Shown: positions 8,018-17,062 of the stretch, in pieces
Position numbering within the stretch: the stretch's first letter is position 1
Layout: the number at the start of each line of letters is the position of its first letter
IMG/VR virus record: IMGVR_UViG_3300031519_000224
Coordinates: 1 to 24,126 of that record
From: a virus
Lineage: Duplodnaviria > Caudoviricetes
DNA length: 24,126 bases
Reading direction: 5' to 3' (one strand)
Translations under genes and position numbers: made by a program
Notes under the pieces: model-generated
Told to the model about the DNA's origin: nothing
The model's database searches: none
Seen by the model: the letters and a program-made list of their open reading frames with translations, nothing else

Positions 8018-8247
8018 TTGTTCCCTATCGCTATGAGCAAAGACTTGATGTCGTCGCGCATTTCAGCAAGCATCTTGTTGGTGTCATCGCGGGCTTCTTT
8101 AGATGCCCCTAAGTCCTCGCGGCGTTGGTTCCACAACCGTTTGATTTCCTTGGTGTTATCCATCGCGCGCGCCTCCAGACGCACCAACCACACGATCAGC
8201 GCAACGAAGCCAAGGACAATCGGCCAGAATTGAATGAGCACGTCCAT
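8014..8247 (-). CDS. Small membrane protein (one TM plus coiled coil), holin/antiholin-like
   Basis: FWPIVLGFVALIVWLVRL hydrophobic helix followed by an amphipathic coil. Immediately upstream of the endolysin, GAGG RBS. Confidence 0.55.
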   Translation of the reverse strand: MDVLIQFWPIVLGFVALIVWLVRLEARAMDNTKEIKRLWNQRREDLGASKEARDDTNKMLAEMRDDIKSLLIAIGNK

Positions 8248-8675
8248 TAGGCCACCTCAGTCCATATTTCACTTGCGCTTTGCGCGTCGGTCCAGATGCC
8301 CGTAGAGGCGCTTTCCTCAGTCCACACTTGGGGGCTATTGTCCAACACGCCCCACACACTGACTTTGCCCAAACTGGGAATCAGGGCCAACCCATCCAAA
8401 CGCATAGACCCAGAGGCTGCTGGGTCTAGAGTTCCGACAAAGCCAGAGGCATACACATCTGCCAGGGTAACTTTTGTAATACTTTTCTCTGCGACAGTGC
8501 CGACTGCGCCTGTGGCAAATACGCCCGTGAGGGAAAGGTTGGCGTCAGCCAAAACACCAAGTGTCCCAGTGGCCCCCGCAGCTTGAGTCCCGGTGAGGCT
8601 GACAACAACACTTACACCAGCCTCTTCGTCAAGGGCGGCTAGGGGCGTTCCGGCTAATGGCGCAAACCCAAGCAT
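8247..8675 (-). CDS. Virion structural (tail) protein, Ala/Gly/Thr/Val-rich
   Basis: MLGFAPLAGTPLA N-terminus, repeated 'LTG..A.GA.GT' units, C-terminal repeated WTE/WTD motifs. Tightly packed in the tail cluster. Confidence 0.55.
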   Translation of the reverse strand: MLGFAPLAGTPLAALDEEAGVSVVVSLTGTQAAGATGTLGVLADANLSLTGVFATGAVGTVAEKSITKVTLADVYASGFVGTLDPAASGSMRLDGLALIPSLGKVSVWGVLDNSPQVWTEESASTGIWTDAQSASEIWTEVA

Positions 8676-8678
8676 TAG

Positions 8679-9152
8679 TTACGGCTCCTGCGGCCACGTC
8701 ACGGTATATGGAAAGCCCGCTTGCGCAGAAATGTCCCGCAAAGCCTGACGATAATTAATCCACACCATCGGGACATTAATACCAAGGCCATCGGCAGCGT
8801 TCTGTTCGACAGCTTTTGTAACTACCCAATCGCTTTCGAACAGCTTGTCGTTGCGCTCGGCGCGCACTCTGGCGGCAACATCATCGCTTGGCATATCGGA
8901 GATCGTCGTGCGGAGGACCACTTTCATATGCAGATTTCTGTCTGCTTCAATTAGAGTCTCTGTTGAGTGGCGCTTAAAAACAGACGTGCTGGCGTCTGTT
9001 GTTTCTTCGACATACGGCACGATTAGATCGCTGCCGTTAATATAGCCTTCGATAGGTGGGGAGACTCGCTGACCGTTCTCAAGGTCAACCCAGCCTTTGC
9101 TCTCAGGATAAATGCGGATTACTGCGCCGCTGCGGATGTGTGCTAGTGCCAT
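8679..9152 (-). CDS. Tail fibre assembly chaperone
   Basis: Start revised to ATG 9152 (GGAG RBS). C-terminal 'VRAERNDKLFESDW...W..YRQALRDI..Q.GFP..V.WP..P' is the characteristic chaperone motif. Confidence 0.85.
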   Translation of the reverse strand: MALAHIRSGAVIRIYPESKGWVDLENGQRVSPPIEGYINGSDLIVPYVEETTDASTSVFKRHSTETLIEADRNLHMKVVLRTTISDMPSDDVAARVRAERNDKLFESDWVVTKAVEQNAADGLGINVPMVWINYRQALRDISAQAGFPYTVTWPQEP

Positions 9153-9156
9153 GATA

Positions 9157-9819
9157 TTATCTCCAAGTGCAGGCGACAGTAGCGGGGTCATTTGGCTGCC
9201 AATCAATCTCAAACTCGTGAGTACCGCCCGCCGACAATAGTGAATACCCGTGGTAGTGGTATCGGTTGCTGTCTCCGGTTCCCTGAGTGCTTTGCAAAAC
9301 GGTGTCGATACCCGTTACGCTGGATGGTGCGCTCGATGATGACGTGCAGCCGCCGCCCAACAAAAAACCACCCACTTCGGAGGTCAAGTTAGCCGAGGCG
9401 GGGTCGTTTGGCGTGGCCAAGCTGTCCAACGGCGTGGCGCTTCCAACTCCAGAAAGGGCAACAGCCGAAATGTGAACGCTAGTCATAGTGTTAGCAAAGG
9501 TGATCGAATAGCTTGGGTTCGTTGTGCTTGTCAGCACCATCCCCGTGCCCGCCGTCTGTCGCTGGTTGCTGTCCTCGGTAATTAGCGAAGCAACGCCAGT
9601 GCCGCCAATCGACATAGCTGTAACAAGTCGCGTGCCGCCGTCCGTCCGCCCCGAAACAATAAGAGCCACAGCATCGAACACCCCGCTTAAGGCAAGCGTT
9701 CCTGTGTAAGTTGTTTGGTTAGAGCCTGTGGACGTTGTATAAGTATCAATCACAGCGGCAGCAGCACCACCACCACCACCCCCACCCCCATTCGTCATCA
9801 TGGGTAAGATCAGGCTCAT
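9157..9819 (-). CDS. Putative secondary receptor-binding / tail fibre tip protein
   Basis: Start revised to ATG 9819 (ATGA overlap with upstream stop). Short N-terminal peptide, poly-Gly linker, then a Thr/Ser/Gly-rich beta domain. Lies between fibre and chaperone. Confidence 0.55.
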   Translation of the reverse strand: MSLILPMMTNGGGGGGGGAAAAVIDTYTTSTGSNQTTYTGTLALSGVFDAVALIVSGRTDGGTRLVTAMSIGGTGVASLITEDSNQRQTAGTGMVLTSTTNPSYSITFANTMTSVHISAVALSGVGSATPLDSLATPNDPASANLTSEVGGFLLGGGCTSSSSAPSSVTGIDTVLQSTQGTGDSNRYHYHGYSLLSAGGTHEFEIDWQPNDPATVACTWR

Positions 9820-11276
9820 TGCAGCGCCCTCACGTTGAGAGTGCTGTGGGTCGTGCCGCCTTTGTTGATGACGTCGACATAGCACAGGAAGTCGTTGCCG
9901 TTGGTGGTGTCGAAGCTGTCGCCAGCAACTAGCGTGAAGCCAGATGTCGTGATCGCCCCGGCGCTGGCGTTGTTCGTAATCAACACTTGCATGTGGATCG
10001 CCTCGCCGCTCGCAGCGGTAGGTGGCGCAAGGGTGAACGCCCCACCATTGACAATGGCTTTGGTGTTCCCGGTGTCCGGGTCGGCGGTGTAGGTGCCGCT
10101 CGACTGCGTTCCGTCATCGTCAAGAGCAGCGGTGTATCCTGCGGTCAACTGGTCGGCGGTGTCGGCCTTGAGGATGTCCGCATCATAGCCCTGAACAGTG
10201 GAGCCAATGTCACTGCTAACCAACACCGTTGAGTCAACAGAAAACGTTGTTCCAACCAGATCAAGGCCCGTGCCTGCGGTGTAGGTTGTATTCGTATCCG
10301 TAGCTGCAATCGTAAAGGTAGGGTAAGTCCCGGTGATGGTAACGTTGCTGCCTTCCGTCAGAACGACTGTCTGGTCTGGCGCAGTGTTGGTAATAGTGAG
10401 CGAACCACTGGTGGTGATTGGCCCACCTGTGATGCTAATGCCTGTCCCAGCCGTGCCATTGACAGATGTGACTGTCCCTGTGTTGGTCGTATAGCCAGCA
10501 TCATTTGTTAGGTCTGAAACATTATCTCCCGGCTGAACTGCACTATCAGCAAGAGAACCCTGAGCCGCAGTAGAATAGTCAGTGGGGTCAAATGCTTTGA
10601 CCGCCGCAAGGTTGGTAACTTCGCTGTCCATCAGAGCGCCAGCAGCAGTAACATTTGTTGCGTCGGTTACATCCGCACCAGCTTCGATATTATCAAGTTT
10701 GGTCTCGTCCGCTGTCGTAAAGCTAGCAGTCGTCGCTGCGAGAACAGCGGAGTAACCTTGCACGGTGACACCAATGTCAGCATCTTTAAGGATTGTCGCG
10801 TCGGCTGGCTCATAATCCGAAGGGTCAAATGCCTTTACTGCCGCAAGGTTAGTAACCTCGCTGTCCATGAGCGCGCCTGCGGCGGTGACGTTCGCAGTGT
10901 CAGTTACATCTGCGCCAGCTTCGATAGCATCAAGTTTAGTCTTGTCACCGTCAGTAAACGCACCCTCGGAAGGTGGCTGTTGAATGTCGGCGGCAAGTGC
11001 AGTGACAAACACAACGGAAGAGCCGCTTAGGTTAATCGCAGCATCAGCGTTGCTGCTTTCGGACACAGTGCGAGAGAGAGTGGTGCCGCTAGCAGTGTAG
11101 GTTCCAGTGCCAATCTCCCAGTTGTTGCCATCTTCAATGGCATAGCTAACCGTTTGACCGTCAGTAATGCCGCCATTGGTAAATGTCTGATAGCCAGTCT
11201 CAGCGGCACCGAGAGTTATCGTCCCGGTTCCAGTCGTTGCGGTGTTTACTTTGACGCGGTTAGCTAGAACAACCAT
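9816..11276 (-). CDS. Tail fibre protein
   Basis: N-terminal 'ANRVK...[10 protein letters not shown]...WEIGTGTY....TLSR' anchor. Two copies of '[39 protein letters not shown]'. GTVTSV..TAGTGI and YTAGTGL fibre motifs. Confidence 0.8.
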   Translation of the reverse strand: MVVLANRVKVNTATTGTGTITLGAAETGYQTFTNGGITDGQTVSYAIEDGNNWEIGTGTYTASGTTLSRTVSESSNADAAINLSGSSVVFVTALAADIQQPPSEGAFTDGDKTKLDAIEAGADVTDTANVTAAGALMDSEVTNLAAVKAFDPSDYEPADATILKDADIGVTVQGYSAVLAATTASFTTADETKLDNIEAGADVTDATNVTAAGALMDSEVTNLAAVKAFDPTDYSTAAQGSLADSAVQPGDNVSDLTNDAGYTTNTGTVTSVNGTAGTGISITGGPITTSGSLTITNTAPDQTVVLTEGSNVTITGTYPTFTIAATDTNTTYTAGTGLDLVGTTFSVDSTVLVSSDIGSTVQGYDADILKADTADQLTAGYTAALDDDGTQSSGTYTADPDTGNTKAIVNGGAFTLAPPTAASGEAIHMQVLITNNASAGAITTSGFTLVAGDSFDTTNGNDFLCYVDVINKGGTTHSTLNVRALQ

Positions 11277-11284
11277 GAGTCACC

Positions 11285-11707
11285 TTATGCGATGCGAACA
11301 ATCGCGTTGCTCGAATCTGCTGTTGGGAACTGCACAACAAAGTCGCCTGCGGTCGAGGTCTTGTCCGAGACAAAGTCGAAAACGGCGACAGCAGGATCGC
11401 CTGCAACAGTGTCGTTGTAGATTAGTGCGCCGCGCGCGGTGATCGTGGCGTTGGCCCAAGTCTCATCGTCAAAGTCGATGAAGGCCGTGGTGCCGCTGAG
11501 TGTCACCGTGGGGTTGTCCAAAGCCTGCCCCCCGGCGGTATAGCCTGTGCCGCTTACCTCGTTTGTAGCGCTGTAGGCCGTTGTCGCCGCACCAAGAGTG
11601 GCAGAACTTGTGTAAAGTGCCATCTTGAACGTGTGCGCGGTAAAGTCATGCACACCCTCAAAAAGTTCTTTTTTGAAACTCGAACACATGGCTGTGGTGA
11701 TTGCCAT
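11285..11707 (-). CDS. Conserved phage tail/structural protein
   Basis: 'MCSSFKKEL..G.HDF...TFKMALYTSSATL.A.TTAYSATNEVSGTGYTAGG' pattern, common next to fibres in marine phages. GGAG RBS. Confidence 0.65.
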   Translation of the reverse strand: MAITTAMCSSFKKELFEGVHDFTAHTFKMALYTSSATLGAATTAYSATNEVSGTGYTAGGQALDNPTVTLSGTTAFIDFDDETWANATITARGALIYNDTVAGDPAVAVFDFVSDKTSTAGDFVVQFPTADSSNAIVRIA

Positions 11708-11719
11708 TTCTTTCTTCTC

Positions 11720-12340
11720 CTATGCCATAGGCTTTGCGCGCATACGGATTGACGACGACCCAATGCGTGAGCGGTCGTTTTCAATTTTAATCGCCTCAAG
11801 CGATTGTTCCAAAAGACCGCCCCAAGTTTGAACACGCGCGTCGTCATCTAAATACGGCGCAGCCTCCATGAGTGCGCCGTATAGGTAGATGTCTGGTGCG
11901 GCAGACAGCAGCCAGTTTGACGTGTTACTATCACTCAGCGCAGGAATTTTGCTGTAATACGTCAGTTCTGCCTCATACGTCGTATCTGGCGACGGTATCA
12001 CTTGAAACTCACCAGCGACCATGCTGAAGAATTTAGGTCGCCCAGCCCCGCTAAATACAACCTGCTCTTCAGCGATCTGATCTGCGGTTACAAACTCAAG
12101 CGTCGTGATCGGGGTTGTGTTCAGTTGCATCCGAATGTTTTGAAGCCAAGAACCGGGGACGGCAAAATAGCCCTCGCTCACGTCCGCAGTTGCGCGCTTC
12201 ACCATCCGATAATCGCGGATACGACGGTTGAACTTGGCTTCAGCGAGATCAACAAAAGAAGGGATGACCGCTGTCAGGTCATCCCGCAGCAGCCAATCGG
12301 CAATCGCTGCCTGCAACTCGCTGTAAGTCGTGATCGCCAT
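11720..12340 (-). CDS. Head-tail adaptor (tubular protein A-like)
   Basis: 'MAITTYSELQAAIADWL.RDDLT..IP.F..LAEA.FNR.IR' and 'SNWLL..APD.YLYGAL.EAAPYL'. Located after the capsid gene. Confidence 0.8.
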   Translation of the reverse strand: MAITTYSELQAAIADWLLRDDLTAVIPSFVDLAEAKFNRRIRDYRMVKRATADVSEGYFAVPGSWLQNIRMQLNTTPITTLEFVTADQIAEEQVVFSGAGRPKFFSMVAGEFQVIPSPDTTYEAELTYYSKIPALSDSNTSNWLLSAAPDIYLYGALMEAAPYLDDDARVQTWGGLLEQSLEAIKIENDRSRIGSSSIRMRAKPMA

Positions 12341-12646
12341 TTACAGCGTTCCTTCGCGCGTTCTAAAAACCCGGTTGTCCGAGTTGTTAAGCCATTTCTT
12401 CAGGGCAGCAGGATCGTCCGCAATGCCTTCTCGCTTCAGGCGATAATACACCGAAAGCGGAATAGATGCGACTTTATTCACATCGCCCCACGCGGTGCGC
12501 TTGTCGGTCATGTTCCGCTGGCGGGTGTTGCTCTCGTCAACGTCGAGACGCTGCTCAGTTTCAATGACATACTCGCCATTATCCTTGAAGTGCCAGTAGC
12601 GCGTAATACCCGTGGCCGGATCAGCGTCGAAAAAGCGTTTGCTCAT
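12341..12646 (-). CDS. Conserved hypothetical phage protein between capsid and adaptor
   Basis: 101 aa with 'KVASIPLSVY..L..EGI..D...LKKWLN..DNR.FRT..G.L'. Abuts the adaptor gene. Confidence 0.75.
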   Translation of the reverse strand: MSKRFFDADPATGITRYWHFKDNGEYVIETEQRLDVDESNTRQRNMTDKRTAWGDVNKVASIPLSVYYRLKREGIADDPAALKKWLNNSDNRVFRTREGTL

Positions 12647-12660
12647 ACTACCCCCAGAGG

Positions 12661-12690
12661 AATACAGGGGGCGAACCGAAGCCCGCCCCC
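12661..12690 (-). terminator. Intrinsic terminator-like hairpin after the major capsid gene
   Basis: RNA GGGGGCGGGC-UUCG-GUUCGCCCCC followed by UGUAUU. C(UUCG)G tetraloop with a weak U tail. Confidence 0.7.
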
Positions 12691-12699
12691 CGCATGGGA

Positions 12700-13653
12700 T
12701 TACGACGAGGTGAGGTCGTAGACCGCGCCGTGTGCCTCTTCATTCGACACCTTCAGGCCGAACTCGGAGAGCATCATGCCCTTCTCTGCGTCACCCGTCT
12801 TGGCCAACTCAACCTGCTGGATCGGGCGCAGGTAGCAAACCGAAGCATATTCGGGGTCAAGCACAAAGGCGTCACGCGCGCGCTGGAAGCGGTTGGGAAC
12901 CACGGTTAGGGTGCCGAAGTCGGACATATACACGTCCGCAGCACCGATGATCGTGGTGGGCGAGTCGGACGGTGCCATGTAGCGCTGGGCAGCGATACCA
13001 GCAAACGCCGAAACCGCCTGCTTGTTAAACGCACCGACCATGAGGATCGACGGGTTGCCGCCAGCGGTCCATGTCTGCTGCATCACGTCCTTCAGCATCG
13101 CCTCAGTGAAGGCGCGGGCGGTGCCGTCAGTGCGAGCGTCGGTGCCGTCACCCGTGGCAGCAGTCGCGTCACCAGCTTCGCTGATGTTCGATGCAACCCA
13201 CGAAGGCAGACCAGCGGTCTCAGGTGCGGTCGAGGTGTTGCCTGCAACGCGCGCGTTGTTGTCCAGAAGGACAGCCTCGATGTCGCGCTTCAGTTCCTTG
13301 CCGCGCTTGGCGACTTGGTAAGCGACTTCGTTGGCACGGCCAGCCTTGTCAACAAACTCAAGGTTGTCGGCAATGATGTAGGTGCGCCGACGAATGTGAG
13401 TGTAGTTGCCGAGGCGAGTGGTTGCCGATGTTGCGTCAAACGAAGCAACGTCGTCACCGTTGATGACAGCGGTCGTCGCGGTCGATGACAGCGAGTCGGT
13501 CTGCCACTCGAAGAACGTGTTGGACACGGACTCAGCGCCGACGTTCGACTGGAACGGCGTCTCTTCGGGCGAGATGTTGGCGATGGTGTTCGCCAGTTCT
13601 TCACGGATGCCCTTCGCGTCGAAGGTGGTGAAGGTATTGGATACGATAGCCAT
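12700..13653 (-). CDS. Major capsid protein (DUF5309-like, HK97 fold)
   Basis: 'GIREEL...I.NISPEETPF.S......V....FEWQTDSL', 'KRGKELKRDIE' and 'DVYMSDFG.L.VVPNRF'. Follows the scaffold gene, AAGGAG RBS. Confidence 0.92.
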   Translation of the reverse strand: MAIVSNTFTTFDAKGIREELANTIANISPEETPFQSNVGAESVSNTFFEWQTDSLSSTATTAVINGDDVASFDATSATTRLGNYTHIRRRTYIIADNLEFVDKAGRANEVAYQVAKRGKELKRDIEAVLLDNNARVAGNTSTAPETAGLPSWVASNISEAGDATAATGDGTDARTDGTARAFTEAMLKDVMQQTWTAGGNPSILMVGAFNKQAVSAFAGIAAQRYMAPSDSPTTIIGAADVYMSDFGTLTVVPNRFQRARDAFVLDPEYASVCYLRPIQQVELAKTGDAEKGMMLSEFGLKVSNEEAHGAVYDLTSS

Positions 13654-13664
13654 TTGGTTGCTCC

Positions 13665-14642
13665 TTAAAGCAGATTCTTGATGACGGAAGCCGCGTCAGC
13701 GACGCGGCCAGATTGACGGAGACGGTTTTGCGCCTTCTCCACATCAGAACGTTTGCGGGGCTGTGTGCCCTTGGAACCTGCTTTCATCGGCTTCGGGCCA
13801 GATGCCTTTCGCTCGCCCTTGGCTTGCGAAATCTTCTGCTTTCCGCGCTCAAAAAGCATGGCGTTGCGCGCCATTGCGACGATGCCAGCGTGTCGAATGC
13901 CATCCACATCCTGCTCACTGAACCCCTTGCCCATCAGGAAATCACGGATTTCCTTGGCTTCCTTGGTCGCAACATCATGGTTGCGCCACTCAGGGATCAT
14001 TTCAGGGATGCGAGCCTGCTCGGCTTGGACCTGTTGCTGCGCTTGCTCTTGCAACTGCCTCTGCCGAATCTGCGTCACACGCTGCTGCTCGGCTTCGACG
14101 GCCCGGATTTGGCCTTCACGCTGCTCCTTAGCCTTGCGCCACTGGCGCTCTAGCTTCGTCGCTTCGATGGGATTCTTTTCGTAAAGATTGTCCCAGTCGG
14201 GTTCCGCTTGCATCTGCTGCTCTAGCTGCTGCCGCATGGCAGGCAAGAGTTGAGCATACTGCTCACGTTCTGCGGAAATCTCTTGTTCCAGCGCCTGCAC
14301 AGACTTTCTCTGCTCGGCAAGTTCCTGAGACTTCCTCGTGTAGTCCGATTGTCTCGAATAGCCTGAAAGCAATTCGTCGAGCGTGACCTCAACCTCCTCG
14401 CCGTTCACCTTGACGGTGTAGCGAGAATCTTTGTACGGTTGCTCTTCGTAATCACCTTCTCCAGCTTCTTCGCTGTCGTCGGTCGCCTCATACTCAACCC
14501 CGGCTTGCGCCTCGACCTCATAATCGGCTTCGGGTTCATCACCCGGCGCATCATCGCTCGACGCCGTATCCTCAAGGGGGGTCATCATAGCTTTGACTGC
14601 TTCTTGCGCTGAACGCAGGTCGCCATTAGCGGTATCTGCCAT
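13665..14642 (-). CDS. Capsid scaffolding protein
   Basis: Acidic N-terminus, 'YTVKVNGEEVEVTLDELLSGYSRQSDYTRKSQELAEQRK', long coiled coil and basic C-terminus. Lies between portal and capsid. Confidence 0.88.
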   Translation of the reverse strand: MADTANGDLRSAQEAVKAMMTPLEDTASSDDAPGDEPEADYEVEAQAGVEYEATDDSEEAGEGDYEEQPYKDSRYTVKVNGEEVEVTLDELLSGYSRQSDYTRKSQELAEQRKSVQALEQEISAEREQYAQLLPAMRQQLEQQMQAEPDWDNLYEKNPIEATKLERQWRKAKEQREGQIRAVEAEQQRVTQIRQRQLQEQAQQQVQAEQARIPEMIPEWRNHDVATKEAKEIRDFLMGKGFSEQDVDGIRHAGIVAMARNAMLFERGKQKISQAKGERKASGPKPMKAGSKGTQPRKRSDVEKAQNRLRQSGRVADAASVIKNLL

Positions 14643-14653
14643 CGCTTCTCTCC

Positions 14654-14682
14654 ATTATATCACTTCGCGGCCTTTTCTGCAA
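14654..14682 (-). promoter_or_regulatory. Sigma70-like promoter for scaffold and capsid (TTGCAG-N17-TATAAT, extended TG)
   Basis: -35 at 14682-14677 and a perfect -10 TATAAT at 14659-14654 preceded by TGA (TGn). 17-nt spacer. Confidence 0.65.
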
Positions 14683-14911
14683 CTACCCCGCCCTCAACGA
14701 GGATGCGTAGACGACGCCGCACAGCGTCTACACCGACTTGCCGCGCCTGAACGGCAATAAGTTCATCAACATCTGCTAGTTCTATTGTGCGAAAATCATC
14801 AAAGATTTCCTGCTGAATCTCCCCCAAGACTTCCTGAAAACTCTCGTTTTCAAGTAGGCGCTTGGCCTCTCTCGCGTGTCGCAGGATTTCTTCCTTGGTT
14901 TTCTTCGCCAT
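14660..14911 (-). CDS. Small conserved hypothetical protein between portal and scaffold
   Basis: 83 aa helical, 'A.EAKRLLENE.F.E'. Overlaps the portal 3' end by 62 nt. Confidence 0.7.
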   Translation of the reverse strand: MAKKTKEEILRHAREAKRLLENESFQEVLGEIQQEIFDDFRTIELADVDELIAVQARQVGVDAVRRRLRILVEGGVVAEKAAK

Positions 14912-17051
14912 TTACGACCCCTTTCACCATGTCGGCCTGCGCGCGCATCACTTCCCGCGCAATCGTTGCGGATTTCTTGATCTGCTCGGCAGACAGTTGC
15001 GCCCCATACTTGGCCTCAAGTTCTGCGGCCTTCATGTAAACGTCGATCTCCATCTCATCGCGCTTGAGTTCTTCGTCGCGGGCGCTCTCTTCCCGCTTAC
15101 GCTGCATCTCTTCGCGCTTAGTGGTCACATCAGCCTGAATCTGCATGATCTGCGCCTGCACAAGCTGCTCGTTAACGTCAGGCTCTTTGGGCTGCGGGGG
15201 CGGTGGCTGGAAGTTCGCAGGGTCGTTCCAGAACCGCGAGGTGTCCTTGAAGCCCGCCAGCGAGGTCATCTCGGCCAGCGTGTTATACAGCTTGTTGAGA
15301 TCGGTCAGCGGGTTGATCGGCCCCAGCGTGGCCATCGCCTCTTTTTGCATTTCACCAAGCTGCTTGAGCATCATCATGCGCTCGGTGTCAGAACCTTTGC
15401 CCAGAGCAACCGTCGCAACACAGTCCATCGACGCATCCCAGCCGCGCGGATCAATCGGCACAAACTCGTTGGTCAGCCGAACCATTCGCATGGCGTCTTG
15501 GTTCTGCGCGATCAGGCGCAGGATTCCTTGGAACAGGGTTTTCATCCCGGTCTCGGCAAAGATGCGGGCGATCATCTCAATGTGCTGCTGCGCGGCGTTC
15601 ACAGTCGCCGCCACAGCCCCAGCGGTCGAGGATTGCAGCGCATCGGCGTCAAGCCCAGCGGCGGCTTTGCTGATCCCGGTGCGGTTCTGGCGCACGTCGT
15701 CCATGTAGGTCAGCACCGGGAACGCCTCCTTACCCACAAACGGCATCGTCAGTGGCTGAATCTGACCCGGCGAGCGCTGCCGGATAATCGCACCCGTCTC
15801 GGTGTTCATCACATCTTCGATGTTCACCTGACCCTCGGTCACAGCTACGCGAGGGTGAATTGACATGGCCAAGCTGTCTAGCGTGTTGCGCATAAGCACA
15901 GACTTGATGCGCTGGATGTCCATGACGATGTCAGCCATCGACATACCAAAGAAATCGTGCGGCTCTGGGTCAGGGCAGAACGCCGCAAACGGAATCATGT
16001 CGGTCGGCTGATCGTCCAGCAGCGTATTACCCACGCCCGCCACGCAGACGCGCCGCAACTCGGCGATCCCGTCTCCGTCACGGTCAACCTTGATGTAGCA
16101 CTCGGTGTAAGTCACCTTGCGCGAGGCTGGGTCACTGCGGTCGGTGTTGCGCGAGGTTAGAGCCGGGTTGCGCGTGTAGCGCTCGACGTTGGTGTCCATC
16201 TCGTCAGTGCTGCTGGCGAGATCAATCACGTCGTCATACTCATACCCCATCGCCACGAGGTCACTTACCGTCATCACGCGGCGGTGCGCCACGAACTCAG
16301 CATCCTCAATGGATGTCGCGCGGCGGTCGATCAGAAACTCCTCTGGCGGCAGCGCCTCAACCTTGACCCGACCGTCAGGCTTGCGGTGCGTCACGCGAAC
16401 ATTGTGAAGCATAGGGGGTGGCGGGAGTTCCATACCCATCTGAGCCATCATCTGCGCTTGCATCGGGTCAATAGGTGGCATGGGCGCTTGGTAGGACGCC
16501 TGCACGTCAATGTTTACGTTGGGGTCAGAGTTCAACGACGCCAGTGCGGCATCGTCCAGACCCGTCATGTCCGACACCTCAACCCGGTAGGACGTGTCCC
16601 AATAGAACTTAATCACCCCCACCTTGCGCACCAGCGCGTCCTTGAAGGCGCTGTGCAGCGTCAAGAAGCCGGGGTTGTCCTTCTGGAACACATAATTCAC
16701 ATATTCCGTGGCCTGCTTGGCCATGGCCACATCTTCGGGGCCGCGTGGCACGAACTCGACAACCTTGTCCCCCGACGTGAACACCCGCATCAGCGAGGGC
16801 ATGATCGCCTGAACCGTGTCGCGCACATCCATGCTGACAACTTGGCTGCGACCCTCTTCCTCATCGCCGTAAGGCTCGCCACGGTAATATTCTGTCGCCT
16901 TCGCACGAATAGGCGAAACGGTGTTGTCGATGAAGTCCTCGGCGTCGTCGATTTCCTTGCCAACAATGCCCTGCAACTCGTCGTCCGACATATAATCGGG
17001 ATTTATGAGCGCCTGCACTTCATTCGTGATGTCGTTGTTTTCGGGGTCCAT
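14850..17051 (-). CDS. Portal protein (P22-like with long C-terminal helical barrel)
   Basis: 733 aa with 'EEEGRSQVVS.DVRDTV..IMPSLMRVF...D.VVEF.P.GPED...A.QAT.Y.NYVF' and 'P.PH.FFG.S.AD...DIQ.IKS...R..LD'. AGGAG RBS. Confidence 0.92.
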   Translation of the reverse strand: MDPENNDITNEVQALINPDYMSDDELQGIVGKEIDDAEDFIDNTVSPIRAKATEYYRGEPYGDEEEGRSQVVSMDVRDTVQAIMPSLMRVFTSGDKVVEFVPRGPEDVAMAKQATEYVNYVFQKDNPGFLTLHSAFKDALVRKVGVIKFYWDTSYRVEVSDMTGLDDAALASLNSDPNVNIDVQASYQAPMPPIDPMQAQMMAQMGMELPPPPMLHNVRVTHRKPDGRVKVEALPPEEFLIDRRATSIEDAEFVAHRRVMTVSDLVAMGYEYDDVIDLASSTDEMDTNVERYTRNPALTSRNTDRSDPASRKVTYTECYIKVDRDGDGIAELRRVCVAGVGNTLLDDQPTDMIPFAAFCPDPEPHDFFGMSMADIVMDIQRIKSVLMRNTLDSLAMSIHPRVAVTEGQVNIEDVMNTETGAIIRQRSPGQIQPLTMPFVGKEAFPVLTYMDDVRQNRTGISKAAAGLDADALQSSTAGAVAATVNAAQQHIEMIARIFAETGMKTLFQGILRLIAQNQDAMRMVRLTNEFVPIDPRGWDASMDCVATVALGKGSDTERMMMLKQLGEMQKEAMATLGPINPLTDLNKLYNTLAEMTSLAGFKDTSRFWNDPANFQPPPPQPKEPDVNEQLVQAQIMQIQADVTTKREEMQRKREESARDEELKRDEMEIDVYMKAAELEAKYGAQLSAEQIKKSATIAREVMRAQADMVKGVVNGEENQGRNPATRERGQAPT

Positions 17052-17062
17052 GTGTGCGGCTC

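Noticed and set aside
7156-9885. ORF-track upstream starts at 9885, 9212, 7339 and 7224 (also 3299 and 22043)
   Set aside because: These extensions overlap upstream genes and lack RBSs. Downstream ATGs (9819, 9152, 7294, 7155, 3254, 22010) fit RBS, coupling or signal-peptide evidence better.
5828-11276. Diversity-generating retroelement or invertible fibre cassette
   Set aside because: No reverse transcriptase or invertase in the window, and no template/variable repeat pair with adenine-specific mismatches seen; the repeats are ordinary in-gene duplications.
11660-11682. Possible -1 frameshift at TTC AAA AAA GAA CTT TTT in the 140-aa tail gene
   Set aside because: The A-run is not phased as a canonical A_AAA_AAG heptamer, and there is no tape-measure chaperone context in a podovirus-like genome.
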